Shown piece after piece: positions 37,434 to 50,409 of a DNA stretch of 64,000 bases. The DNA is from Zygnema circumcarinatum SAG 698-1b (Eukaryota > Plantae > Zygnematophyceae). The stretch covers positions 682,001 through 746,000 of the forward strand of contig CM074811.1 of the NCBI GenBank assembly GCA_037447605.1, in the 5' to 3' direction. How positions within the stretch are numbered: position 1 is the stretch's first letter; every line of letters starts with the position of its first letter. Below the pieces are notes generated by a model, which saw only the letters and a program-made list of their open reading frames with translations, had not been told where the DNA came from and made no database searches. Made by a program: the position numbers and the translations under genes.

Positions 37434-37800
37434 TAGGGATGGCCCGCGTTATAAAGTCCGACTATATTATATACTTTACAACGGGTTAAAAAGTAGTAAT
37501 ATAGTACAAAGTAAAACACTTTATTACATATATTATACCCACTCGTTTTGAACAATTAACGACCGTACGACCGTACTCGTACGGTCGTACGGTCGTACCA
37601 TACCAAAATTAGGTCGTTTTGGCGTTGGCGTTGCGAAATGCGTCCGTCTGGTTCACTCTGTCTTCACCGCATAATACCGTACAGTCGTATGACCGTACAT
37701 GTTGTAAAGGCGTTGTAAAGTATTATATAACAGCCGTTATTTAGTCGTCACAGTTATATAATATAATATAGATTATATAGTCGTAATTAAGCTATCCCTA
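37434..37800. mobile_element. hAT-type MITE family C, copy 1 (367 bp)
   Basis: Termini TAGGGATG...CTATCCCTA resemble Ac/Ds TIRs. Exact 8-bp TSD CACTTGAG at 37426-37433 and 37801-37808. A homologous copy lies at 50009. Confidence 0.9.
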
Positions 37801-39251
37801 CACTTGAGACGGAAGATTTTCGTCCTTTCGAAGCCCCACTTTCTCCGGTGTACTAGTTTCAGAAATAGTTGAGTCACCAATCACAGGCGTCCACGTGTTC
37901 CTTAAACTGTACGGCAACTGGCCCCTTAGCTTGCTGCGCCCGCCTGCGATTTACTTGTTCTTCCTTTGTGAAAAAATAGAAAATCTGCACTTTTGGAACT
38001 AGTTCACATGGAACGTGGGCGCCACTTGGATTTGGATGAATTTTTTATTTTTTATTTCTTATTTTCCCCGTTGCACAGCGTCTCCATGAGGCGGCGGTGG
38101 CTTTAGGGCAGAGGCTGTCTATGTTGACTCCTGACTCCTGAGGGGCGGCTTAGCAGGTTCTTGGCATGTCGGAAGCAGAGGTGGAGGGGCCATTGAGGGG
38201 AAGCTGGAGGGGGCTGTCCTCGGCGATGAGGAGGGGTGGGGGTGAGCGGCACCTTTTGCGGTTCGAGCAGGCGCCGCTGGAGTGGCAGTCTGCTGGATAT
38301 GGTCTGAGCAAAAAGGAAGCGAAGTGGAGGTGGGAGTGAGACCATCGTATTCATTGAAGGGAACGTGCCGGTCTCGACAGACGGATCAAGTCAGTTGAGT
38401 GTTGAGTCGCACCAAGTGAAGCGCTTGATGGGAGGAAAATCAAGGCAGAAAAAGATGCGAAGCATTTAGAAATTTGAAATCGCGAGTGTTTGTAAGTTTG
38501 AATTGGGTATTCAAAAGTCGCCGAATTTGGGATAAGGTAGTACAGTGCCTGAAGCACGAGGACAGCATCTCACTTCTGGTACCGCACGGGAATCCGATTT
38601 GGTACTGCATCAAAGTCAGTGTGTTTCTATTGAAGAAAGCAAAGCTGAATTGTTTAGGTAATTCATTGGAAAGAATAGAAGCGGCCAGAGAGAATTAAGA
38701 GAATTTCAAAGAATTTCCCATAGCCATAGGTCTCCGTTGAGCGGAGAACACAGGTCATGGATACGCCCATACTACTATACATGTAAACTATGCCATACAC
38801 AGATACCGTGGCCCTATTTGGCCCTCTAGATTGTCCATGGAAGCTCCATCTCCATGGCTATGATCAATGTCAATTCACCCCTCGTCTCCACTTCTATGCC
38901 TAAGGGCCCTAATTCCCCTGTCTCTCTAGACCACCATACTCCGCCATTTCTGTTCGTCTGATCTACCATCGCATCTCGTCCTATCCCACACCCCTCCCTT
39001 TCTCAGGACTCTCTATTGACTCCCACTCCCTCGCCCCTCCCTGTCCCTCTTCATCACACTCATATCCTTAAAGACTGCCCATTTCCCACCCTTCCTCCGA
39101 TCCCTCGTCCCTCCCTCCTCCCGCCAATCGTTGCGCTTTCCCCCTCCCGGGGATCACCTCCCTCTCTCCCTAGCCATCCAATACCCCCCTTCCTTCCCTC
39201 CCCTTCTAAAAAACCCTAAAAACCCTCTTTCAATGAATAAGACCAGAGACA

Positions 39252-42200
39252 TCATATCTGAGGTCCCGCAGCCAAAATGTCCTTTGTGAGCTCATCGTTC
39301 CCTCCCACGCTGTAGTTTGCAAACTTCTCGAAGTTTCCGATGAACAGACCCGCGAGTTTTTTCAGCGTTGTGTTGTACCCATTCTTGTCCGCCCACTGCA
39401 TCAACAGGACACCAACCATGCCAGTAAGGGAATTGCCTCTGGACTCCTAAAGCCCATCCGCGACTAAGAAGGGTGGGTTACACAGGCCAATCTAGGCTTG
39501 TCACTTAAGCAATTTCTATGACGGGGAGAACTGTGATTGGAGCATGCCTTACATGGTGGCCTCGATGAATTCCACCCAACGACGACCAATATGGAACACC
39601 AAGTAGTTCACATTTGCCGCAACCCAAGAAAGAGACAAAACCCGGCACACATTCTCATCGTGATCCTGCCCGATAAATTTCAGAAACAGTATTTATCTGA
39701 GAATATAAGAGAGCATTTGAGCTTACCATGTTCTCAGGCTTGAGCATCTCAGGCGGCACCCCTTCCACCTCGCCCGGTACATGAAGTCCAAAGATTGGAG
39801 TGGTTGAGTAATCGCAGCTCAACAGGGAACCATTGTGGATTGCGTCGATGATTTTTCGAGTGTATGACAACTTCATTCGCTGGCCTACTCCATAGCTGTA
39901 AGCGACAACGCAAACGAAGCATATCCCAGTAAAAAAGAGGACCTGAATGTTTTGGCAAGCCAGTTTGGTTATGCATCTACTACGGTAGAAAAAGTCGGGC
40001 ATGACGGAAAATTCAATGGTTCTCTTCCGTAAAGGAATATCACACAGCACTTGTGTGAATACAAGAGTGAGAGGGAGGGGAGGGCGAAAGAGACGGATAG
40101 AGGAGAGAGCAAGAGAGCCTGAGAGAGTGAGAGAGAGGAAGAGAGCGAGAGAGAGTGACGTACCTCCCCCCGCACCACCCTGTATTCACCAGCCACGCAG
40201 TGGCTCCATGCTCCCTCATTTTCTCCGCCAGCATGAATGCGTACTTTGTGGGATGCCACATAATGAAGGCGGCACCAAAGCACGCCGAGAAGGTGGCCTG
40301 AGGTTCCTTGATTCCGTCTTCAGTTCCAGCTAACTGAACGCACATGTTAGTCACCACCCAGAGATGCAGGCAGTTATTGTCAGCCATCAAGTATCACACC
40401 TTTTTTGCCGACATATATTCACAGCAGCACAGGAGATGCGGCACAAGGTGGCATGAACAAAAGGACCAGCACCTAAAGGCTATTTCTGGGACAATCAAAC
40501 CAATCACCTCCACAACAACTGATGCGCCTTCACTAGTAAAACTGACCAGGGCTGTGTATCCGCTGATGAAGTGGTACATTGTCTGAGGCAGCGTCAGCTT
40601 GCTGACAGGGGGAAGGACTCCAAAGGCATCGCAGGCGAGGAGGATGATGTTGCGGGGATGAGGTCCGACGCACGGGATTTTGGCGTTGTGTATGTACTCG
40701 ATAGGATAGGCAGCCCTAGTGTTTTCTGCGCATCAAGAATGCGCGTAAGGATCACAAAGCAGGAGCCATCAGGTTGCGTGCATGCATAATCCCTTCCCCG
40801 AGTCCTGGACTTGCTTGGGCCCCCAATTTCACGATTCACTGTTGGTTGTCGACAGGGTTGGGAATTCATCATTTTACGCCTAATGCACATCCTTGATCGA
40901 CAAAGCTCGTCAACTTTTGCCCTTCCCATCAACTGAAAGAATTTGGGAAAGAAACGAGAAAAAGGAACGTGATCCAATGCATGCAGAGTGGCTACATCCG
41001 TGTAAGCTCACCTGTTACAGACTTGTCTGTATAATCAACTTCCCGTGTGTGATCCTCAAATACAACGTTCTCCAGCACTGCATTAATATTGAAAGAAAAT
41101 AAATCATTGAAGTGAAATTGATGGAAGATGGTGACAGTAAGGTAATGCTCTCCGTGGAGCAAAGTCAACAAAAAGATATGGACTACCGTTTTCCTTATGC
41201 ATAGTTTCAATTCCTTTGCTGCTTCTCACGAAAATACAATTGGGCCTTGTCTTGTAGTATACGCATGTCCATACAGTCATTTCCAAGATCATCAATTTCA
41301 AACTCTTTTGATTTTTTTTTTGAAGTGTAGTCTCCTCTTACAGAAGAAGGGATATTTGCAACAAATTCTACCTGTTCCGAACTTGATGGCGTTATAAATA
41401 TCGGGTTCCTTCTCCTTGGAAAGATCAATACACTTTGCATAACATCCGCCCTCAATGTTAGATACGCCATTGTTGGTCCAACAGTGTTCATCATCTCCAA
41501 TCAGATATCGGTTATGATCAGTAGAAAGAGTGGTTTTCCCAGTACCTGGTGAACAGTGAAAACCAGTTTGCAGAATTGGAAACTGAAGTAGGATAATACA
41601 GATTCAAGATAAATAACAAGACATACAATAATGCTCTTTTGGGCGCAGACAGCCTCGACCCTTTCACCGCAACAAAGGCTCCAAAACGAATGGTGAAGTG
41701 CCCTTGAATAGCAGGGTAAAACAAACTCAATTGTTTTTAGAAAGACAGTTTGACCAAAACTACCAAATCATTCACTCAAAACAATTTTCAGTTTAAGGAA
41801 GTACCTTACGTATTCGAGTTCTCAAACAAGCATAACGACCCAAAACAAAGGTGCCCAAAACAAAGGTGCAAGCCAATGCCATACCCGACAGTCCAAAGAA
41901 GAGGGCGACATCGCCTTCCTTTCCCATGTTACATCCAGAGTGAAGTGATAGAACACCCCTCTTCGGCATCAAATAATGCATTACGCTGAATAGGCCCTTT
42001 TTCATTTCTCCCGCGTATTGCGTCCCGAGAATCACCATCTCGCGCCTTTTCAGATTCAAGTCAACACTTGTGGATGACGTCATGTAATGAGTGAACCGGT
42101 TGCAAGGGAACTGGCCGGCGTTGTAGATAGTGAAATCGGGTTTTCCAAAGTCTTCCAGCTCCTCAGCAGTTGGACGGATGCACCTGAGAAAATGTTGTCA

Positions 42201-44391
42201 AGTAGCAACACCAGTGAACGAAGGAAAAGGACTCGGATTTAGAATGTAGAGTAAGCAAAGAGAACTCGACAGGAAAGGTCTTACAGCGATCTGTGAACAA
42301 TTATCAATCAGTTCCATCTTCCAGCCAACATATGTTAACAAAATGTATAGATTGAGAGGCCCTTCTAGTTGCCGACACTTGAAGTAGAAAAAGGCTGAAA
42401 CAAGAGTTAACGGGAAGTTTCCTTACATGTTATGCATGAATAAGGAATGATAAGCTCTTGCTGCAATGATTCGGACTTTGAGTCGGTGGTCCTTGTCCCA
42501 ATTCAAAAATTGATCATTCACAAAAACCTGGAGACACATGCAAGAACTTCTATGAATTGTTCAGTCAAGGTACGCTCGATCGATTCGATCTGAACAATGA
42601 GGATAGCTACATGAAGCTTCAAGTCCGAGTCTGCTATGGTAAACAAAGATCCACAAGTCTCTTATTTGAAATACCACTTCACGTGTCAAACAGCGCAGCT
42701 GTGGTAGACATTCTTGAAAACGTTCATTGCCAAAAAAGACTGCCCCAAACATTGACGTCTCCTATTTCTTCAGTGTATGTCCACTGACAAACTGACCTTC
42801 TCCAAAGAGTTGAGATAATCGACAGCCCTTTCACGGTTAAGCAAGAAAGTCTCCTCGTCCATTTCAATGTTGGGAGATCCTCTGCAAAATGATGCACTCT
42901 AACCAAATGTATCAGTTCTTTGCTGCTATGTTGCTGCCAAACCAGTAAAACAGCAACCACTTGGAGATCATCATTAATGGCCTTAAAGCCATGAAAGGAC
43001 TGATATTGTTCAGCAGGAGGTCAAAAGGATTGAATGGCATATAAGAAATGTTCGATGATGATTGAAATGGGCAGATAAGACTCACTTTCCCCACCACAAG
43101 TCCTGCTCGCTTGAGCTCTCCCTAACGACACGCTTGTCTTTGGGAGAGCGCCCGGTCTTTGCTCCAGACAGCGTAGCCAAAGCGCCTGAGGCAGTAATGT
43201 AGGAGCCCTTCTCATACTTGATCGCATGCTCGTACAGTTCTGAGAGAATGAAAGTTGACAGAGACATATATTGGAGAATAGAATACGTAAGATCAAATTG
43301 GAAAAACTAGTTGGCAAACCCTTTTTCTCAATAGGCAACTACGAAGCAAAAGAGGGCACAAAGGGAAGCCGGCACCGAAAGTGATTAGATAGAACCCGCT
43401 TCCCTCGTTCAAAAAGCAAAGATAGACAGCATGGTTCCATATGAGCATTTTCCTCGTGTTCCACAAAGCCAAAGAGACAAGGAGCCTGTAACCAACATTG
43501 CAACTCTCGCCACGGATAAGGGGCCACCAATGGAACAACAAACGACGAAAAAAAATGCACCGGCAACAAGGGCAAGGCTTGCACAAATCACCTGCTGGAG
43601 ATAAATTGTAAAAAATGCCTGTAACCTTCAGGGCTGAATCGCTGACAGATGGCCTCGCTGGGAAGGCGTGTGGTGTGGGCGGAGGTCCAGCTTGCTGGAG
43701 CGGCGCCTTTCCAGCTTTCACGACTTGTGGGCCACGGTCGCGAGAGAATGATGCCAGTGAGGCGCTGGACAGAGACCGAATGGCAAACTAATAAGACAAA
43801 AATATCTTCATTGGGAAAGAAAACTAGATATAACACAAAAGGTATCATCGTTTCCAGTGTGACCTTTGTTAAGAAATGTAATAGCACTTGTCAAGAGAGA
43901 GGATGTTGGTCATGCATTGTACAGCGGAGCATTTTTCTGAAAGGAGACGGTGGAGATAAAAACAGGTAATCTCATCAACAGTGCCAGATTAATCTGCCAC
44001 TGACAAGCACCTATGACGTTGATATACATTAACGCAACGAAAGTAGACAGAGTATAAACTACATTTACTTTCATGTGGATGCTCTTTTATGCTTATATTC
44101 AGGACAGTAGCTTACACTACATGCGATTACAAAAAAAAAAAAAAGTGGGAAGGTAAACCTGATGGAATCGAGCTGCAGCTTCTGCTTCTCTTCTTCTGTC
44201 ATTGTGCTTTCTCTCGGCGTACTTGGTCGCGACTTCTTCTTCTGCAAGGCTTGAAGCTCCTCCAAGGTGGACGCGTTGACACTTGGCGTGGTGTCATCTT
44301 TGCAGAGGTCTTCCCTTTCCTCGCTGCTCGGTGTCAAAATTCTCGGGACTCTGCCGCCAATAGAAGCGGGCGTGGATGGCGAATTGGCCAT
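39252..44391 (-). CDS. PCK1: Phosphoenolpyruvate carboxykinase (ATP), ~648 aa
   Basis: 12 exons: 44391-44159, 43764-43592, 43239-43086, 42881-42797, 42527-42427, 42183-41885, 41545-41372, 41077-41012, 40725-40547, 40333-40164, 39895-39727, 39395-39252. 1947 nt, in frame. Motifs [39 protein letters not shown] (P-loop), [32 protein letters not shown]. Confidence 0.98.
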
Positions 44392-46167
44392 GTCTCTGAG
44401 AGTGCGGAAAACGAACAGAAACCAGTGGTTAGTTTGAAATGTGAACAATGGTCAGCAATGCTGAAATATTCATGCACCTTGCGACTTCTCGCAACGACAG
44501 CGAGAGCAGCAAGACACAGCAAGCGCTTATTGTTGACTCTAGCCGGAAAAAAAGAAAAGAAACAGAAACCTTGAAAAGACTCGAACAATGCTAGACAAAA
44601 ACAAAAACAACATGCATATCTCCTGCAAGGGTGACAAAAAGCCTTCCGCACCTTCTTGATGGTGAAGCAGTGTCAATACGCCTCAGAATCAATCAAATGC
44701 TTCAACTCAAAAAGACAAATATTTCCTTCCGAGAGAGAAAAATAACCTGCCAAAATCTCCCTCCCTGCAACGGCAGCAGCAGGCGCCCAGCTCAACCAAA
44801 AGGCCCTTTTGCCCTCCAAGAGGGGCCGCAGGAGAGCTGCAAACCAACCAACCGCTCCAGGAGCTTTCTGCAGGTGCAATTCCGTACGAACAATGTACGA
44901 CCATTGTACGGATTCCGGGGATGGGGGATAACGTGGCACAACTCGAGGCTGGACCACTTGCCGCGTTGGCACTGAGTCACGGCAGTTGGGCTGACGTGGC
45001 GGAAGGGACGGATTTGGGGAGGGAGATTTTTGGGGTGGTATCTTTTTAGATGCCGCCCGGTGGGTGAGCTGACACGATCGACGGCCTAAAGTGAGGGTTG
45101 TGATCCGATGGGCGTACTAAAACCGTCCGATGTGCACATAGAAAGTCAAAGTTGGACTTTTTTCTGACCGAGGATCTCGGAGTCCGCTGCCCGGACCCAA
45201 ACCCAAGCGATGAGGGCGGGGGTTCAAACCGGGGAGCTTCCTCGTCCGAGTCAGCAAATGGCGGAGCTGAGAACACCGTACAAGACCGTACATTCTCATG
45301 TACGGAACAGCCCGGGACATGTAAAAACAGTGTATCGAGATAATCAACACGATTCCCAATATCTTGTATCGTATCGTTAAAGTGGCGATATACCATCCGT
45401 ACCGTTGGACGTGGTACAATTGTACGGCCCAGAAAGAATTCATACGGAAAAGCCACTCTCGGTGCCTCCCTTCGCGTTGGGCCGAAAGCTGCAACGTGAT
45501 TGGTGGCGAAATCCGGGGAGCACGAGAGAGTGCCACGTGGCGCCTACCTGTCGAGCTGACGGGGCTTGGGGATGCAAGGTAGCGCTGTCTGAGAGCGAAT
45601 GAGGAACCCAACTGTGAATTAAATTTGTGGGTTTTTTTCAGAATGCCTTATTTCCCTCTTAGGACCAGTTCGAACGCATGACCGTGAACAAAGATCTAAA
45701 AAAAATGCAAAATTTGCAATATCATGTAAGTTTTTGACTGCAGCCAATGGAAGGGTTTTAGGATGAGGGTTTTAGGCTTCCTGAAGGTGAAGGTGGAGGT
45801 GAAATTTGAAATGAGACTCTCACATTTATCGCTTTCGATTATGAAACAATACAAAATGCTACGGCCATATTAAGGAGGCATTTTTTAAGCTTTCCCGTTG
45901 CAGCAGCTCCCTAATTAAACCTAAGATGTTTTCGTTCATGTCATCTACTTTTGCATGTTCAAAACCAAAATCGAACCAAAATGGAACCCAAGGGAGATGC
46001 GCAAATACTTTTTTCAGAAAGAGAACGAAAGTAAAGCGTCTTGTTATGCAGGACTGCAGATTGCATTCCAATGCTGTTTTTTTTTCATTTTTTTTTTTAT
46101 GTCTGAGGAGAATTAGAGGAAAGGCTTAAGGAAGTATTATGTGGGGTTGGGTTCTTGGGTCCCCCAG

Positions 46168-48729
46168 GGACGAGAATAAATGGGCAAACTTTTACAGAAG
46201 TGGAGGTATGGTTCTGCCAAAGAGGGGGGGGGGGGATGGGGAGGGGTTTTTTCGTCTTTTGTACAATGGAAGCTTAATGGCCTAATAAACCAACTTCAAT
46301 ATATTTGTTCTCTGAGACCTTTGCTTCAACCTTTACTGCCTCCAACCGGCTCTACTGCTCCCTCTCTCTCCCCCCTTCTCTCTCACTTTCTCTCGCTCGT
46401 GCGTGTGTACATGGCCAGAACAGATTGAATACCTCGCAGAAGATGAGCTTATTTCCATCGTCCCAAATTTCAAAGGAGAGACCCTTCACATGATTGCTGT
46501 GAGTGTCCACAAACACCTTAAAGAAATAACTTTGTTTGTCGTTTTCTTCGCTTCCGTTTCCGTTTCCGTTGCCGGTACCTTTCCTCTATGAATGATTTTG
46601 AACTCGACCTGCATTTGCATGTAATTTTTCAAGCGTATTACAAAGTTCAGTCTGTTTCAGCTCTGGGCGTTGAAGTCGCCACCCTTTCCACCCCTTTGCA
46701 GCAAATTAGCCCTTTTTGAACTCTGCCAATTCCCTCCCTCCCCTCCCTCCTCTCCCTCCCCTCCCTCCCCTCCCTACCCTCAATCCCCTTACTCCCCTCC
46801 CTCCTCTCCCTCCCCTCCCTCCCCTCCCTCCCTTCCTCCCCTCCCTCCCCTCCCTCCTCTCCCTCCCCTCCCTCCCCTCCTACCCTCAATCCCCTCCCTC
46901 CCCTCCCTCCTCTCCCTCCCCTCCCTCCCCTCCCTCTCCTCCCTGCCCTCCCTGCCCTCCCTCCCTCCCACTCCTTCCTCCCTCCCTCCTCCCTCCCTCC
47001 CTCCCCTCCTCCCCTCCCTCCCTCCCTCCCCCCCCTCCCCTCCCTCCCTCCCCTCCTGCCCTCCCTGCCCTCCCTCCCCTCCCTCCTCTCCCTCCTCCTC
47101 CCCTCCTCCTTCCTCCCTCCCTCCCCTCCCTCCCTGCCTCCCCCTCCTCCCCTCCCTCCCCTCCCTCCCCTCCCCCCCTCCCCCCCCCTCCCCTCCCTCC
47201 CTCCCTCCTCCCTCCCCTCCCTCCTCTCCCTCCCTCCCTCCTCCCCTCCCTCCCCTCCCTCCCCTCCTCCCCTCCCTCCTCCTTCCCCTCCTCCCCTCCC
47301 TCCCCTCCCTCCCCTCCCTCCCCTCCTCCCTCCCTCCCCTCCTCCCCTCCTCTCCCTCCCTCCCCTCCCTCCCTTTTCACAGGGCGACTTCGGGCCTTTT
47401 ATGCCGCAAATTCCCGTTACTGTTCCGTTATGGCTTGCATTGGCATTGAAGAGCCGGCGGCGGTGCAGCATTCAAACGCCGGATTGGATGTCCGTGGGTG
47501 AGAGACAAAGAGACGGACATACAGACAGGCAGACCCCCCTTCAAAGCGATTCAAAGGCTAGAGAAGGGCCGACTTAGTTAAAGTGACTGTATGGAAGGGG
47601 CTCTCATATTTGTTATGCGCTATAGTTATGTTATGTTATGTTATGTTGTTGTTATGTTATGTTATGTTATGCTATGTTATGTTATGTTATGTTATGTTAT
47701 GTTATGTTATGTTATGTTATGTTATGTTATGTTATGTTGATCATTTCAATGTTTCGAATCAAAATATCGAAATGTTGTTGGGGGGAGGGATTTCGATGGA
47801 AGGTTGGGCTCGAGGGGTGAGGTAGGAGGGCTGTTTGATTTCCGTCGTCGCTTCCATTCCTCTCCTCCCTTTCTCCTTCCGGATCCCTCTCGTAACGCCA
47901 TCGTTTGAAGTTCCTCTCTCAATGTCCGGGAACTTTNNNNNNNNNNNNNNNNNNNNNNNNNNNNNNNNNNNNNNNNNNNNNNNNNNNNNNNNNNNNNNNN
48001 NNNNNNNNNNNNNNNNNNNNNNNNNNNNNNNNNNNNANNNNNNNNNNNNNNNNNNNNNNNNNNNNNNACTACCTGAATTTTCGCGCTTTTTTATTTATTT
48101 TTTGCATCTAAACTGAACGCATGATGCCCTTTAACTCGACAATCAAGCCTTGCGTTTCCATGTGTTGGGACGGACGGTAGTTCAGTTACGGACGCTTCTG
48201 AAAGACATCCAAGACGTACGATTTCACAAAATCGAAAGCGGTATTCAGCAACTGCAAAGTCAGCAAGAGGCCATCAAAGTAAGCTGGGGCGGAGGGGGAA
48301 CCTTTTTTTTACAGATGCTCTTTTTCTTTTTACTTTTTTGAAGAGTTTTCTCTGGGTTCGTTTGTCGATTCAGAGAAAAAAAAAATTACGAATTAAGAAT
48401 AAATTAAGAATTTACTATATTTCACAGAAGATGTAGTGTCGGTGGGACACCATCTCTCCTTCTTTTTTGCCTTGTGATGCCTTGAAGGGCGGAGAGAGAG
48501 GGGGGCGTAGCAGGGGGTAGGAGGGAGGGGGGTCCTTAGTGTAATTTTTTTCTAAATCTTTGTTTTAATTTTGCGCCTTGAAACGTCCGTGACGTGACAG
48601 CTGACGAACCTGTCAGCCATGGAAGTGAACATCGTTCGGCCCTTCTTCGTGAAGGCGCTGGCGAGTTTTGACAGGCTCGACAAGGAGGCGGGGACAGGCG
48701 GGGGGGCAGGGGGGGGGCGGAGAGGGTGA
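46168..48729 (+). CDS. PSF2: DNA replication complex GINS subunit PSF2 (start and one internal exon unresolved)
   Basis: Exons 46168-46205 (QTFTEVE), 46424-46498 ([16 protein letters not shown]), 47383-47497 ([23 protein letters not shown]...PDWMSV), 48186-48278 ([16 protein letters not shown]), 48601-48729 ([16 protein letters not shown]). The expected ER...LPxHY exon is missing and probably lies in the N-gap 47937-48067. A possible first micro-exon is ATGCAAG at 45572-45578. Confidence 0.9.
46735..47375. repeat. About 640-bp polypyrimidine (CCCT/CT-rich) tract in a PSF2 intron
   Basis: Almost purine-free on the plus strand. It produces the spurious Pro/Ser/Leu and Gly/Arg/Glu ORFs in the track. 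Confidence 0.95.
47625..47738. repeat. (GTTAT)n pentanucleotide microsatellite in a PSF2 intron
   Basis: About 20 near-perfect GTTAT units. Confidence 0.95.
47937..48067. other. Assembly gap (N-run); further 10-N gaps at 6875-6884, 29284-29293, 56312-56321, 62203-62212
   Basis: Ns in the sequence; the 10-N gaps sit next to low-complexity tracts. Confidence 0.99.
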
Positions 48730-48881
48730 GAGGGTGGGGGAGGATGGGAAGGCCGTGAACAATGTCTTGTTGGGCATGAGCCCTAGAAGGGAGGTTGTAA
48801 CTACGTATTGTGCGGGAATTACGAGGATAGAGGTCTTTCTCTCCTCTGCTCACTCTCTCTCTCTCCTTTGCTCTCTCCCCT

Positions 48882-48948
<67 letters not shown>

Positions 48949-50008
48949 GAATGTCTTTACGGACGTTGCGCTGATGTGTGGGAAGGAGGAAACAGGGGGG
49001 GAGGGGGGGGGGAATATCCAAAATAGGGGGCGGGATATCCCAAAACAGGGGGCATAATAGCTAAAATGGGGGGTAGGATTTCAAAAAAATAGGGGCGGGA
49101 TAACCAAAAAAGGAGGGCGGTATATAGTTCTCCTAATAAAGAAAAAGAATACTTATATTGGTTTGGGTTCTCAACTTTAGCATTCTGAAATAAAATAAAA
49201 AAGAAAGGGGGGGGGGCATTAAGGCTTCCAGCGTTTGGGCTTTGGTGAGAACTTCACTGAATGATTGAATGATTGAATGAATGAATGAATGAATGAGACA
49301 CAACCCAACGAGGAAGAGAAAATGGCATTGAACTAAACAAAGAGACATTCCTAGTGAGTGATACTGTATCGACGTATCGTATCGCTTCGCAATGCGATAT
49401 TTTTTGCGTGCCCGATATTGCCCAGAGGGGCAGCTCTCAACTACCGGCCGTTATTTTTTTTTTAAACAATAAGGATTCAACCAATCAGAATGCGCCTGTT
49501 CGAGCTCGATATGACGACGGATATCGTACGGGTGATCTCTACATATATTGAGGATACGATACAATATTGTACGGTAGCTCGTGGCGGTTACATCTTGTCG
49601 TTAGTACTGTACTACTCGGCAAATTCAGCCGTACGGACAGACGATCGTGCATCCGCCACGTGGGTCACATTCGTACTGGGCTTAAATCGCCGAGTGCGGG
49701 GAAGCTTCCAACTATCAGGTCTACTGGTACCGCCGTAGGGTCGACACGCAGCTGGACGATTGAAGGGCCGGGATTGAAGGAGCGAATCATAGTGTAGCCG
49801 TACGGTACAGAACTGACTTAACTGTAAAACAAGTGGCCTGCGCCAGAGTTGGCCATGTGGCTAGCTTGCATGTGATTGGCTGAGATGGCGCTTAACGACA
49901 GTTCTATGGGCCCAGTTCTGTGAGATCTATGCCACACGCGTTCTTGTTATGTTCTGCAAGACATAACTATTTGGCTGCCTCTACCGTCAGGTCTACGTTC
50001 GTCTCCGC

Positions 50009-50409
50009 TAGGAATGGCCCGCGTTATAAATTCCGAATAAATTATATATTTTACAACGGGTTTAAAAGTAGTAATATATTACAAAGTAAAACACTTTATT
50101 ACAAAATAAAACACTTTATTACATATATTATACCCACTCGGTTTGAACAATCAACGACCGTACGGTCGTACGGTCGTACCATACCAAAATTTGGTCGTTT
50201 TGGCGTTGGCGTTGCGAAATGCGTCCGTCTGGTTCACTCTGTCTGCTGGTGCATCCGTACCGCATAATACCGTACAGTCGTTCGACCGTACGACCGTACG
50301 ACCGTACATGTTGTAAAGGCGTTGTAAATTAATATATATCAGCCGTTATCTAGTCGTCACAGTTGTATAATATAATATATATTATATAGTCGTAACTAAT
50401 CCATCCCTA
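50009..50409. mobile_element. hAT-type MITE family C, copy 2 (401 bp)
   Basis: Termini TAGGAATG...CCATCCCTA. Exact 8-bp TSD GTCTCCGC at 50001-50008 and 50410-50417. Colinear with 37434-37800, with small internal duplications. Confidence 0.9.

Noticed and set aside
38103-38700. Short ORFs downstream of PEPCK on both strands
   Set aside because: Low complexity, with no motif or splice chain linking them into a gene.
45160-45240. GGTTCAAACC B-box/T-loop-like motif suggesting a tRNA or SINE
   Set aside because: The flanking bases cannot form a T-stem, and there is no A-box or cloverleaf.
45500-45515. E2F-like site (TTTCGCCA, minus strand) upstream of PSF2
   Set aside because: It deviates from WTTSSCSS at the last position and is a single weak hit.
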